DNA from: Anaeramoeba ignava BMAN
Lineage: Eukaryota > Protista > Anaeramoebae
Length of the DNA stretch: 64,000 nucleotides
Direction of reading: 5' to 3'
NCBI GenBank assembly: GCA_028826165.1
Contig: JAPDFW010000076.1
Span: forward strand, 62,001-126,000
Both the position numbers and the translations under genes were made by a program. Each line of letters starts with the position of its first letter. Within the stretch, counting starts at the first letter, position 1. The notes beneath the pieces are model-generated. The model searched no databases. It saw only the letters and a program-made list of their open reading frames with translations, and had not been told where the DNA came from. This document shows positions 23,043-34,905 of this stretch, one piece after another.

Positions 23043-26000
23043 TTAAATTGTTTTTTTGGATCGATCTTCAAATCCTTTTATATTTTTAAAAAATCTCAAA
23101 AATTTTTTTGGTCGTTTTGATAATAAATTTGTTGAATCTGCAAAATAATGACTTTCTTTTTCATTTTCTACATTGGAAGAATTTGAATTTTCATTTGAAA
23201 AAATTTCTTGATTTTCTTTTTGATTTTCAACAGAAGATTTTTGGAAATATTTTGGAAAAAAATCTTCGATTGTTTTTTGATTTTGATTTTTTGTGATCTT
23301 TTTCTTCTTCTTTTTCTTTTTTTGCTTTTTTTGATTTTGATTTTGATTTAAATTTGGATTTTGATTTAAATTTTGATTTTGAATTTGAATTTGAATTAAA
23401 TTTGGATTTTGATTTTGATTTTGATTTTGATTTTGATTTTGATTTTGATTTTGATTTTGATTTTGATTTTGATTTTGAATTTGAATTTGATTTAAATTTT
23501 GAAATGGATTTAAATTCTCAAAATTATCAAAATCTTCTTTTTGGGTTTTAAAATGATTTTTTAATTCTCTTACTTTCCCAGAATTTCCATTATTAAAATT
23601 TATTAAAAATTTGTTGAAATTATTGGTTGTAAATCCTTTCATTTCAGAATTAGTAATTCCTGGAATAGAAATAACTTTGTTTTTAACATTTCCTCTGGGA
23701 ATAAAATGAGGGAAATTGTTTGAAGTTTGTTTTTCTTGAACTGAATAATTTTGAGAAAAAACAACAACTTCTTGGTTAACTTCTTGATTAATTTTTTGAT
23801 TAATTTCTTGATTATTTTTTTGATTAATTTCTTGATTAATTTTTTGATTAATTTCTTGATTAACTTCTTGATTAATTTCTTGATTAATTTCTTGATTAAT
23901 TTCTTGATTAATTTCTTGATTAATTTCTTGATTAATTTCTTGATTAATTTCTTGATTAATTTTTTGATTAATTTTTTGATTAATTTTTTGATTAATTTCT
24001 TGATTAATTTTTTGATTATTTTTTTGATTAATTTCTTGATTATTTTCTTGATTAGAATAAGAAACTAAATTTCTTGGAAAAAAAGAATATTCTAAATCAA
24101 CTCCAATAAAATCTTCACTAATCAAAAATAAAGAATGAAATAAATGTGGTTTTCGAGTTAGACATGAATTTATAACTGGAACATTTCGTGTTATAATTTG
24201 CTTGAATAAACAAATCTCATCAAGTTCATTTGAAAGTAATAAATAAAATCGATGACCGGAAAACTTGAGATTTTTCTCATTTTCTTTGTCGAAATTATTT
24301 TGTAAACTTGAATCAACAATTCGAATCAGAATATGATCAACAGAATCAAAAGATAAAAATAGGGAAATTTTAGGGAATTTTTGGTAATTCTTTTTAACAG
24401 TGGAACCAAAAGGTGGATTTCTTCCAAGAATAGCTTCGATTTGTCTCGGATTCAAATCTTCCAATTTCTTAAGAGAATTAATTCCAACATCTGCAAGAGT
24501 GCGAGCAAAACTTTGTCCAATTCCATCGATTTGCCGACAAACAAAAGGACTATCTTCCCACATTCTTTTGTTCAAACATTTCGATAAGATACAAGTATTC
24601 CTAAGCGAGAAAGCCCAGTTATGGTCTGAGAAATACTCAATAGCACAACGCAAAATTCTCACACCAGTTTGACAGATTTTTTGTGCTTCTTGTCGAAGTG
24701 ACCATCCTTCAATATCAAGATCTGCAAGCAAAGATTGAATTAAAACTACAATTTTCATTTGAGAAGTTTTCACTTTTCCTTCAAGTTTAAATTTGTTATT
24801 TTTGTTCAATTTGTTCAATATTGTTTTCTCTCCATTTCGAATCGTGATATCTGAAAATTCTTGTGATTTGGAAAGTAAATGCAAAAGATCAATTGTTGTG
24901 GCTTGACTTGTTAAGCTTTCAATTTGCTTCATTGTTTCAAATTGTATATAATATTTAGCCATACTTTGTCCACTTGTTGTTGATTGCACTTCTCTTCCAA
25001 ATTGTGTCATTTGAATAAGATGATACTGTTGAAGATCTTCTAAATTCCGTAAGCATAGTTTTTTTAAATGCACATCAAGTGACTCTTTGTTTAAATCTTC
25101 CAATGATATCCCATAATAATTTGGATTTTTTTGAACACGAATAAACAAAAAAGTGGATTTGAGCCATTCAAAGGCTTGTTCAATATTTGTGATTGTTTTT
25201 AGCACAATTTCCGCATTTAAATGTTCAGAAAGGCCTGATAAAAGGCTATTTGAAAAAAATGAATAAATCAAAATGAATAAATCAAAATGGATAAATCATA
25301 TTTACCTGCTTTCAACAATTTGTTTTCTTCCTAAAATATTTTCATATCTTTCTTTTGTTGAATGTTGAGTCATAATAACAGCAATTCCACTTTTATCAAA
25401 TTGGGGTCTTCCAGCTCTTCCAATCATCTATTACATAACAAAAATTCAAAATTCAAAATTCAAAATTCAAAATTCAAATTAGAATTAAAATAAACAAAAA
25501 GAAAATATTCAATTTCATTCCATTACTTGAGTTACGTGCAATTCACTATATTCAACATACTCTCCATTTTTATACATCTTTGTTCCTTTGATAACAACAA
25601 GATGAGCTGGTAAATTTATTCCTTGAGAAAGTGAAGATGTTGTGCAAATAACTTTGAGAAATCCCTCAAGAAAAAGTGTTTCCACTTGTTTTCGATCTTC
25701 GAAACTCAAGCCAGCTGAATGAAAACCAACACCGTTGATAATGCATTTCTTGAGGTCTTTGTCCTCGGTTCGATAGGATTCATTGAATAAAACCCTTGAT
25801 TCGTTTTGATTGAGAGAAAAAGGATGATCTGTTGCGAGTTTTTGAGCACAAAGAACTGTTGATTTTCTTGTGGAACAAAACACCATTGAAGGTCGAGATT
25901 CAGAATACTTGCGAATAACTTCTGCAATTTTGTAGTTTAAATTTCTTTCGAAAAGGAAATAATTTTTAGAAGGAGAATAAGAAAGAACAACTTTATCAAG

Positions 26001-27809
26001 TTTAACTGAACGGAAATCTTCTCCAAACATAAATGTTGCTTCAGGCGAAGTTTCTAACCAACCTGAAATATCTTCAATGTTTGGGATAGTTGCAGAGAGC
26101 CCTATAAAACGAAGCTTGGATTTAGAAAGAGTTTTGATTATTTTCATTCTGCTCACAATCGCCTCAAGTGTTGCTCCTCTGTCTTCATTGAGAAGATGGA
26201 CTTCATCCAAACAAACAAGTCCAATATTTGAAACAAAGGGGAAATGACTCTTCCACTTTCTAGTCATTGAATCCCATTTTTCTGGAGTTGTGAGAATGAT
26301 GTCTGTATTCTGCAGAGTTCGAAAGTCAATTTCTCCGCTGTCTCCTGTTGTTTCTTGGCATTTCAATCCAATTTTAGAAAATTTAGTTTCCCAATCTTGC
26401 AGTTTTTCTTGGCACAATGCCTTTATTGGTGCCATGTAGATTGTTTTTAATTTTTCTTGCTTAGAAATTGTGAGTGTTCGAAGTATTGCAAGTTCAAAAA
26501 TGGTTGTTTTTCCGCTTCCTGTTGGTGCGCTGATAACCATGTTTTTATCACTGTTAAAAACGGTATTAAAACAAATGGTTTGTATGTTATTGAAATATGG
26601 GAAACTGAATATTTCTTGATATTTTTGTGGGAGAATTGAAACACTTATTAATTCATTTTCTTGGGGTTGTTTGAATGGGATTGGTTGTATTGAAGAATTT
26701 TCTGTTTTGAATTGAAAAGAATGAGATTTATTTTGAATGAGATTATCTTCTTTTTCTTCTTTCAATAAATTCATTCTAAGTTTTTGAAAAGGATTTAAGT
26801 TTTGATTTTGATTTTGAATTTGAATTTGATTTTGATTTTGATTTAAATTTAAATTTGGACTTTGTTTTATAAATTGATTTTGGTTTTGATTTAAATTTTG
26901 ATTTATAAATTGATTTGAATTTGGATTTATAAATTGATTTGAATTTGGATTTTGATTTAAATTTGGATTTTGATTTATAAATTGATTTTGGTTTTGATTT
27001 AAATTTTGATTTATAAATTGATTTGAATTTGGAAATTGATTTATAAATTGATTTGAATTTGGAAATTGATTTGAATTTGGAAATTGATTTTGATTTGGAA
27101 ATTGATTTGAATTTGGATTTGGATTTTGACTTTGATTTTGATTTAAATTTAAATTTTGACTTTGATTTATAAATTGATTTTGATTTTGATTTATAAATTG
27201 ATTTGAATTTAAATTTGGACTTTGATTTTGATTTTGATTTGGAAATTGATTTGAATTTGGAAATTGATTTGAATTTGGAAATTGATTTTGATTTGGAAAT
27301 TGATTTGAATTTGGAAATTGATTTAAATTTTGATTTTGATTTTGATTTAAATTTAAATTTTGATTTAAATTTTGATTTTGATTTAAATTTTGATTTTGAT
27401 TTAAATTTTGATTTTGATTTATAAATTGATTTGAATTTAAATTTGGACTTTGATTTGAATTTAAGTTTTGATTTTGATTTGGAAATTGATTTGAATTTGG
27501 AAATTGATTTTGATTTAAATTTTGAAATTGATTTTGAAATTGATTTTGAAATTGAAATTGATTTGAGTTTTGATAAGAATGTCTTGAAGAAATTAAATTT
27601 TCTACATTTTTCCAATTCTGTTTCCCAATAAAATCTTTTGAAAAATGAATTTTATTTGGAAATAATTGTTGTTTTGATTCTTTTTGTTTCTCTTCAATAT
27701 CTTTTTCATTAAAAGAAATTCCAATTGTTCTTTTTCTTGATAAAACTTTAGGAGAATTTTGTTTAGATTGAAAAATATAATTCGAATTTAAATTTGATTT
27801 TTCAGACAT
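23043..27809 (-). CDS. MER3: Meiotic DExH helicase MER3/HFM1; exons 27809-25527, 25427-25306, 25245-23043
   Basis: APTGSGKT, APIKALCQE, TPEKWDSMTRKW, DEVH, LSATIPN, GINLPAHLVVIKGT, spliced QMIGRAGRPQFD, EHLNAEI, and a Sec63 domain with NPPFG. N/Q-rich N- and C-terminal extensions. Confidence 0.92.
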
Positions 27810-28167
27810 TGAATAAAAATTTGATTTTGATTTTAATTTTAATTTTAATTTTAAAAAAAAAAGAGTTTGAAATAATTTTTGGTTTGTGATCAAATTGTTT
27901 TTTTTTTAAAAGATCGTAAAATTTTGTTTTTTTTTTGCCATAAAACATGAAGGAAAAAAAAACATTATTTAATAAATTAAACCTTTCACATTCTTTATAC
28001 TTTTTTTTTTTAAATTAACTTTTAATTAAAAAATGAAAAATGAAAAATGAAAAATGAAAATTTTCAAAAGTAAAAAAAAAAAATGGGATAAATTAACACA
28101 AAATCCCAACAAAAAAATTTCAAAGAAAGAAAGAAAGAAAGAAAGAAAGAAAAGAAATTTGAATTGA

Positions 28168-31100
28168 TTACAATAAGAATTTTGATTTAAATTCATTCAA
28201 TTCATCAAATTGAGTTAAAATTTGTTCAGGATCCTAATTTTAAATTTAAATAAAAAAATTAAATTATAAATAAAATTTTTTTAAATTGGAAAAAAAAAAA
28301 TATTACAATTGACGATAAAGAAGGATCATCAAAAATAGATAACTTTAAGTTTTTATGAGATTGTAGTTGAGTTTTTTCGATTGGAGATGAATTTATAAAA
28401 GGAGGAATAAGATCATCATCTAAATCTTCTTGAATAATTTTCTCATTTTGTTTAACAGGAAAAGGGATATTATTATTATTAGGAGAGAGGATTGGAGTTT
28501 TAAAAGGTTGGATACTTAATTTGATATTTGGCTTTAATTTTTAATATTTGATTTAATTTAATATTTAATATTTAATTTAATATTTAATATTTAATATTTA
28601 ATATTTAATTTTTAATATTTAATATTTAATATTTAATATTTAATATTTAATATTTTTGAAATATACTGTCGCAAAATTCATAAAAGAATGCAAATTTGGT
28701 GAAGGATATTGCTCCAAATTAGAATTTCGATTTTCTTGAAAACCAATAATACGAGAAAGAGGATCAAACGAATTAAGAGGATTGGAATTATTTTGAGGAG
28801 AATAATTATCAGGAGAAAGAGAACTTCGATTACTTCTTGATTGAAGAGGAATAAAAGTAGGAGTTTTTGTAATCAAAGAACCAAAATGAGATTGATTTGA
28901 GAAGTTTGAAGGAGATAAACCATATGGAGATTTAGAAAGTGAAGATTTAAACGGAGAAGTAATAAGACTTGATTCTCCTGGAAGTGAACTTTTGGATGTG
29001 AACATAGGTTGCTGTCCACTGTGAAAAAATTCATGGATGTATTTTTGTGACTGTGAATTTTTGTATGGTTCATAATTTTCATCTCCATGTCCCCGAGTCA
29101 TAGGACTGGGTGGTATATCAATTGGTGTTGTGATATTTCCTGTATTGTTGTCGTTTGCTTCTGGTTTATGAATAGTAATTTTTGTGTTTTTTTCTGTGTT
29201 TGAAATTTGTTCTTGGATTTCTTTGATTTTTTGGATTTTTTTTTGATTTTCAATGGTTTTTTCATTTGGTTCATTTTTTTGGTTGGTTTTTCCATCATTT
29301 TGATTTTCTTGTCCTGATATATTATTAAAATCGATTGCATCTTCAAATTTTAAATCTTTTGAGTCTGCTGAAGAGTCGAATTTATAGTCAGAAATCTCGT
29401 AAGAAATTGGCATGAGATATTGTTTTAAACTTTTGAGATCTAAAAGATAATTAACCTTCATTTGAAAACTTGGTTTTTTAGAATTATCAGAATTAGAAGC
29501 CAAAATATTTGAAAATTTGAATTTTGATGAGTTTTCTTTATTCCATTCTTGAATATATTGAGAAATATTATTATCAGTCACTTTTTTACTATCGATAGCT
29601 AATGAACATATGATATTATGCGAAGAATTCATGGAATGTCTGGAAATTTCAACTAAATTATTAGCAGGAAGTATTTTTACAAATGTAAATAATGAACGGA
29701 TTAAATAAGTGCATTGCATAAAAAAATATTTTAGTTCAAATTTCATTTGTCTTGATTGTTTATATATTTATTAAATAAAAAAAATGAATAAAAAATTAGT
29801 TTGTAAAAAAATTTCTTTGGTATATTTATTATATTTATTATACTGTGTTGGAAATTGAAATCTCCACCGTTCAATTAATATTTTATCATTATTAGACATA
29901 ATTTTTGTTGTTATTGGTATTGTTTTTGTATTTTTTTTCGATTTTTTGCGTTCAACAAAAACATCAATTTCAAGAATTAAAGATGAACCACTTTCAAAGG
30001 GAATTTTTGGGATTCTTTCCTTTAATACTGATGGATATTTAAATGCAAACTGTTTTTTAAATTTTTAAATTAAATTTTAATTTAAATTTAAATTTTAATT
30101 TGATTTTAATTTTAATTTTAATTTGAATTTTATTTGAAATTTAATTTTAATTTGAATTGAATTGATTTTAATTTTAATTTGATTTTAATTTTAATTTTAA
30201 TTTTAAATTTAGTTTTAATTTTAATTTGATTTTAATTTTAATTTTAATTTTAAATTTAGTTTTAATTTTAATTTGATTTTAATTTTAATTTTGAATTAAT
30301 TTTAATTTTAATTTTAATTGAATTTAATTTTAATTTAATTTGAATTTTAATTTAGTTTTAATTTTAATTTTAATTTTAATTGGAATTTTGTTTTAATTTG
30401 AATTTAATTTTAATTTGATTTTAATTTAATTTGATTGGAATTTTGAATTTATTTGGAATTTTAATTTAATTTGATTTTAATTTTAATTTTGATTTGAATT
30501 GAATTTAATTTTAATTTAATTTTAATTTGATTTTAATTTAATTTTAATTTGAATTTTAATTTTAATTTTAATTTTAATTTGAATTTTAATTTTAATTTTA
30601 ATTTGAATTTTAATTTTAATTTGAATTTAAATTGATTTAATTTGATTTTAATTTTAATTTTAGTTTTAATTTTAATTTAATTTGAATTGAATTTTAATTT
30701 TAATTTTAATTTTAATTTAATTTTAATTTTAATTTGAATTGAATTGAATTGAATTTAAATTTAATTTGAATTTTAATTTTAATTTGAATTTAAATTTAAA
30801 TTTTAATTTTAATTTGAATTTATTTGGAATTTTGATTTGAATTTAATTTTAATTTTAATTGGAATTTTGTTTTAATTTGAATTTAATTTTAATTTTAATT
30901 TGATTTTAATTTTGAATTTTAATTTGATTGGAATTTTGTTTGAATTTAATTTGAATTTAATTTTAATTTGATTTTAATTTTGAATTTTAATTTAATTTGA
31001 ATTTATTTGGAATTTTAATTTAATTTGATTTTAATTTGAATTTGAATTGAATTTGAATTTTAATTTGATTTAAATTGGAATTTTGTTTTAATTTGAATTG

Positions 31101-31479
31101 AATTTTAATTTGATTTTAATTTTGAATTTTAATTTAATTTGAATTTAATTTGAATTTAATTTAATTTGATTTTAATTTGAATTTGAATTTAATTTGAATT
31201 GGAATTTTGATTTGAATTTAATTTAATTTTGAATTTGAATTTTAATTTAATTGAATTTTAATATGAATTGAATTGAATTTGATTTTAATTTTAATTTTAA
31301 TTTGAATTTAATTTGAATTTAATTTTAATTTGATTTTAATTTTGAAAAAAAAAAAACACGAATTTCTTTTCAAATACTCTTTTATTTTCCTTTTTTTGTA
31401 TTTGTTGTTCTCTAGAATAAACAATAATATCAATTATTTTTCGTATTAAAGTACGAATAACTTGGTGATATGAAACCAT
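28168..31479 (-). CDS. ATG13: Autophagy protein ATG13 (HORMA domain plus Ser/Pro-rich disordered region); exons 31479-31360, 30049-29844, 29750-28667, 28531-28307, 28233-28168
   Basis: The spliced product has KIIDIIVYSR, LIERWRFQF and LIRSLFTFVKILPA (Atg13 HORMA motifs) followed by an SP-rich tail. All intron phases are consistent. Confidence 0.82.
30060..31345. repeat. Degenerate (AATTTT/AATTTG)n satellite filling ATG13 intron 1
   Basis: Direct reading of the sequence. Confidence 0.9.
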
Positions 31480-31882
31480 TTGTAAATAAAAAAAAAAACA
31501 AATAATAATAATAATAATAATAATATAAAAAATAATAAAAAGGAAAAAAAAATGAAAAAAAAATTTTTAATAATTTTTTTATTTTTTTAAATTTCATTTT
31601 TTTTTTTTAAATTAAAAAAAATTTTTTTTAAAATTGGAATTTGAAAATGAAAATGAAAATGAAAACTATGATGACTTTTTGACTTACCTACTTGTTGAAT
31701 CATTACCGCTAATTTGATTATGATTGACAATCTATCGGGTCTGAGTTTTTTCATTTTCATTTTCTTTTTAATTTTCATTCAAAAAAAAAAAATAATTTTT
31801 AATTTATTTTTAATTTATTTTTAATTTGTTTTTAATTTTGAATCACAAAATAAAAAGTTTATTTAATTTTTGTTTAAATTGT

Positions 31883-33168
31883 TTAAAAGAAACTTTCTGG
31901 TTTTCTTGGTATTTGTTCAATATCTTTAATAAAATGAGAAAAAGGAACTAATAAGAAATTCTTTTTTTCTTCATTAACTTGATTAGTTTTTTCTTTTACA
32001 CATAAATCAAATCTTTGTAAATATTCAACTTTTTCATTTTGTTTTAAACGAGAAACTTGAGAAAGTCTTCCTCTAAAAGATTTTGAATCTAAAGTAAAAG
32101 TTAAAGGATGATGCCAATTATCTAATTTTTGGAAACTCATTGCTTTCTTTCTTTCTTGACTTTTATGAATTTTTTCAATTTGTTTCATTTTTTGTTCGAG
32201 ATCCATTTCTTTATTAAAATTTTCTTTTTTTGAATTTGATTTTGAATTTGATTTTGAATTATTTATTGAATTATTTATTGAATTATTTATTGTATTTGTA
32301 TTTGTATTTGTATTTGTATTTGTATTATTTATCAAATCATTCATTGAATTATTTATTGAATTATTTATTGAATTATTTATTGAATTATTTATTGAATCAT
32401 TTGTATTCTGATTTTTATTGTTGATTTTTCTTCTGTTTTGTATAAATTTCCAACTTCTTATTAAATCTGGTGCTCTAATATCAACACTTAAAGGAACTTT
32501 ATTTCCATTTTTATCATATTGAACTAATTCAAGTGATTTTGGATCTGTATAAAAATTGACAAGATCTTTTCTTTTCTGTTTTTTTCTTTTTCTTGAATTT
32601 TGGGAATTTTTTTGTTTTGGCATTTTTTGTGGAAGAACAAAATCTCTATTAAAAGGAAGTATTTTAGTAATCAATCTTGCAAATAAAATTTTTTTTTGAC
32701 CCGAATAAGTAAGATGGAATTTTTTCAATTCTTGTTGTAAAGCTTTTTGATCAGAATTTTGACACCAGTTGATCCACTCAACATAACGTTGAATAAGTTT
32801 TGGCAGTTTTTCTTGACCTTCTGGTACAGTAATTTCCCAGAAATCAAGTTGTTCTTGTAAAATTTTTGGAGATTTTTCTAAAATATCAATGCAAGGTTTT
32901 AAAAATAAATATTCTTTTATCACTTTTTGTATTTTTTTTTCATTGTAATCAAATCCTAATAATTCTGAAAACTTTTTAATTTCACTTTGTTTTGCTTTTG
33001 ATATCCAATTATGTCCTTGTTTTGTTATTAATTGAAGAGCTGATAATTCATCAGTTGACTTTATTGTTATTTTTAATAGAAAAATAAAAAAGAATATCGT
33101 TAAATTTATATAAAAAATTGTAAAAAAAAAATAACAATAAAATCTTGTGTATTAGATTTATTTACCAT
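31883..33168 (-). CDS. SAP-motif-containing protein; exons 33168-33166 (ATG only) and 33058-31883
   Basis: ATG|GTAAAT donor and an in-frame AAG acceptor. QKALQQELKKFHLTYSGQKKILFARL matches the SAP consensus; RKRKK is NLS-like. Confidence 0.72.
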
Positions 33169-33395
33169 TTAAAATCTAAATCAAAATTAATAATAGAAAA
33201 AGAAATGATAAAATTTTAATTTAAAAAAAAAGAAAAGAAAAATGAAAAATTTAAATTAAAATATTTTTCAAAAATTTTAAATAATGTTTGTTTTTTTTTT
33301 TTTTAATTAATTTTTTTTTTAAATTTCCTTTTTCATTTTCCAAAAAATACAATTTATATTAATATTATAAATTTAACAAAAACATTAAATACTCA

Positions 33396-34844
33396 ATGTT
33401 TACAAGAAAAACAAAGGCATTATGTGAAGAAAACTTTATTAAAAAAGCAATAGAAAATAAAATTAGAATTGATAAAAGAAAATTTGAAGAAAAACGGAAA
33501 ATCAAAATAAAATTTGGAGAAAAATACGGGAATGTAATGGTTCAATTAGGGAAAACAATAGCAATAAGTGAAATTTATGGAAAAATTGTTGAGCCTTATA
33601 AAGATAGACCAAATGAAGGATTAATTAAAATTACTGTTACATGTGGACGTGTTGCGAATCCAAGCATAGAAAAAGACTCCCCAGATTCTGAGAACGCAAG
33701 AATGGCGTCTCATGTTGTTAGCCAGACACTTAAAAACAGCAGAGCCATTGATCTTGAATCTTTATGTATTTTACCAGCCAAAAAAGTTTGGATGATTTTT
33801 TGCAATGTTTCTGTTCTGAGCCATCAGGGAAACATTATGGACTGCTCATTTTTAACCGCATTGATGGGACTAAGCTACTTCAGAAGGCCAGATGTTAATA
33901 TCACTGATTCAACCTTGCAAATTCTAAAGGAATCTGAAAGCGAATTTATTCCGCTTGCAATTAATTACCCAATAATTTCACTTAGTTTTGGTATTTTTGA
34001 ACATGGAAAGTTTATTGTTTTGGATCCAGACATCAGGGAAGAGGAAGTTATGGGCTCATCCATTTCGATACTTGTTAGTATTTTTGATGAAATTTGTTGG
34101 ATTGATAAAATTGGTGGTCATCCTATTTCAATTGAAAATATTTTGTTTTGTATTAAAATTGCAAATCTTCTTGCCAAAAATATTTATTCAAAGGCAAGGG
34201 AAAAGCTGCAAAAACATCTTGATTTTAAGAAATCTCAAAATTTGATTCAAAACAAACTTGTTAGTTCAGTTTCAAGAAATCAAAATCCAAATCCAAATCA
34301 AAATCAAAATCCAAATCAAAATCAAAATAAAAATAAAGAAATATTTTATAAACAAAGAAATAGAATTAATTCCAAAAATGAAAAATTTACAACTCTTATA
34401 AATCCTGAATCATATTTTTTCATTAATGAGGATAACAATACTTTTCCTCTTCAACAAAACAATGAAAATCAAGAAGATTTAACAAAAGAACAAATTCAAA
34501 ATATTGATGATGATTTCGATTCTTTGATTTCAAGTTTAATTGATGGAGATGATGATTTTCAAATTGAAAAAATAGAAAAAACAGAAAAAATAGAAAAAAC
34601 AGAAAAAATTGAAAAAACAACAAAACATATTTTTGATTCAGATTCATTTATTCCAACTAAAACAAAAGAAGATCTTGATTTTGAACAACTTCTTGAAGAA
34701 TTAGATATTGATTTGGAAACAAATCCATCTGAAATTTTTGATTCAAATGATCCACTTCATAAAAACAATGAAAAATCCATTTCCAAAAATTCTAATGTTG
34801 ATTTAACTTTTGCAATCAAGAAAAAAGAAAGGAAGCAAAAATAA
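33396..34844 (+). CDS. RRP45: Exosome complex RNase PH-like subunit RRP45/EXOSC9
   Basis: RIDKRKFEEKR, VQLGKT, PYKDRPNEG, SRAIDLESLCI...KVW, GNIMDC, FRRPDV, LDPDIREE, KIGG, and an acidic C-terminal extension. Confidence 0.92.
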   Translation: MFTRKTKALCEENFIKKAIENKIRIDKRKFEEKRKIKIKFGEKYGNVMVQLGKTIAISEIYGKIVEPYKDRPNEGLIKITVTCGRVANPSIEKDSPDSENARMASHVVSQTLKNSRAIDLESLCILPAKKVWMIFCNVSVLSHQGNIMDCSFLTALMGLSYFRRPDVNITDSTLQILKESESEFIPLAINYPIISLSFGIFEHGKFIVLDPDIREEEVMGSSISILVSIFDEICWIDKIGGHPISIENILFCIKIANLLAKNIYSKAREKLQKHLDFKKSQNLIQNKLVSSVSRNQNPNPNQNQNPNQNQNKNKEIFYKQRNRINSKNEKFTTLINPESYFFINEDNNTFPLQQNNENQEDLTKEQIQNIDDDFDSLISSLIDGDDDFQIEKIEKTEKIEKTEKIEKTTKHIFDSDSFIPTKTKEDLDFEQLLEELDIDLETNPSEIFDSNDPLHKNNEKSISKNSNVDLTFAIKKKERKQK

Positions 34845-34905
34845 TAATAAAATTAATAATAATAAAATTAATAAAAAGAAGAAGAAAAAAGTCTGTTTTT
34901 TTTCT

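Noticed and set aside
23043-27809. Intein or other insertion in the helicase (or in any other ORF here)
   Set aside because: The helicase motifs are normally spaced, and no Hint or homing-endonuclease motifs were seen.
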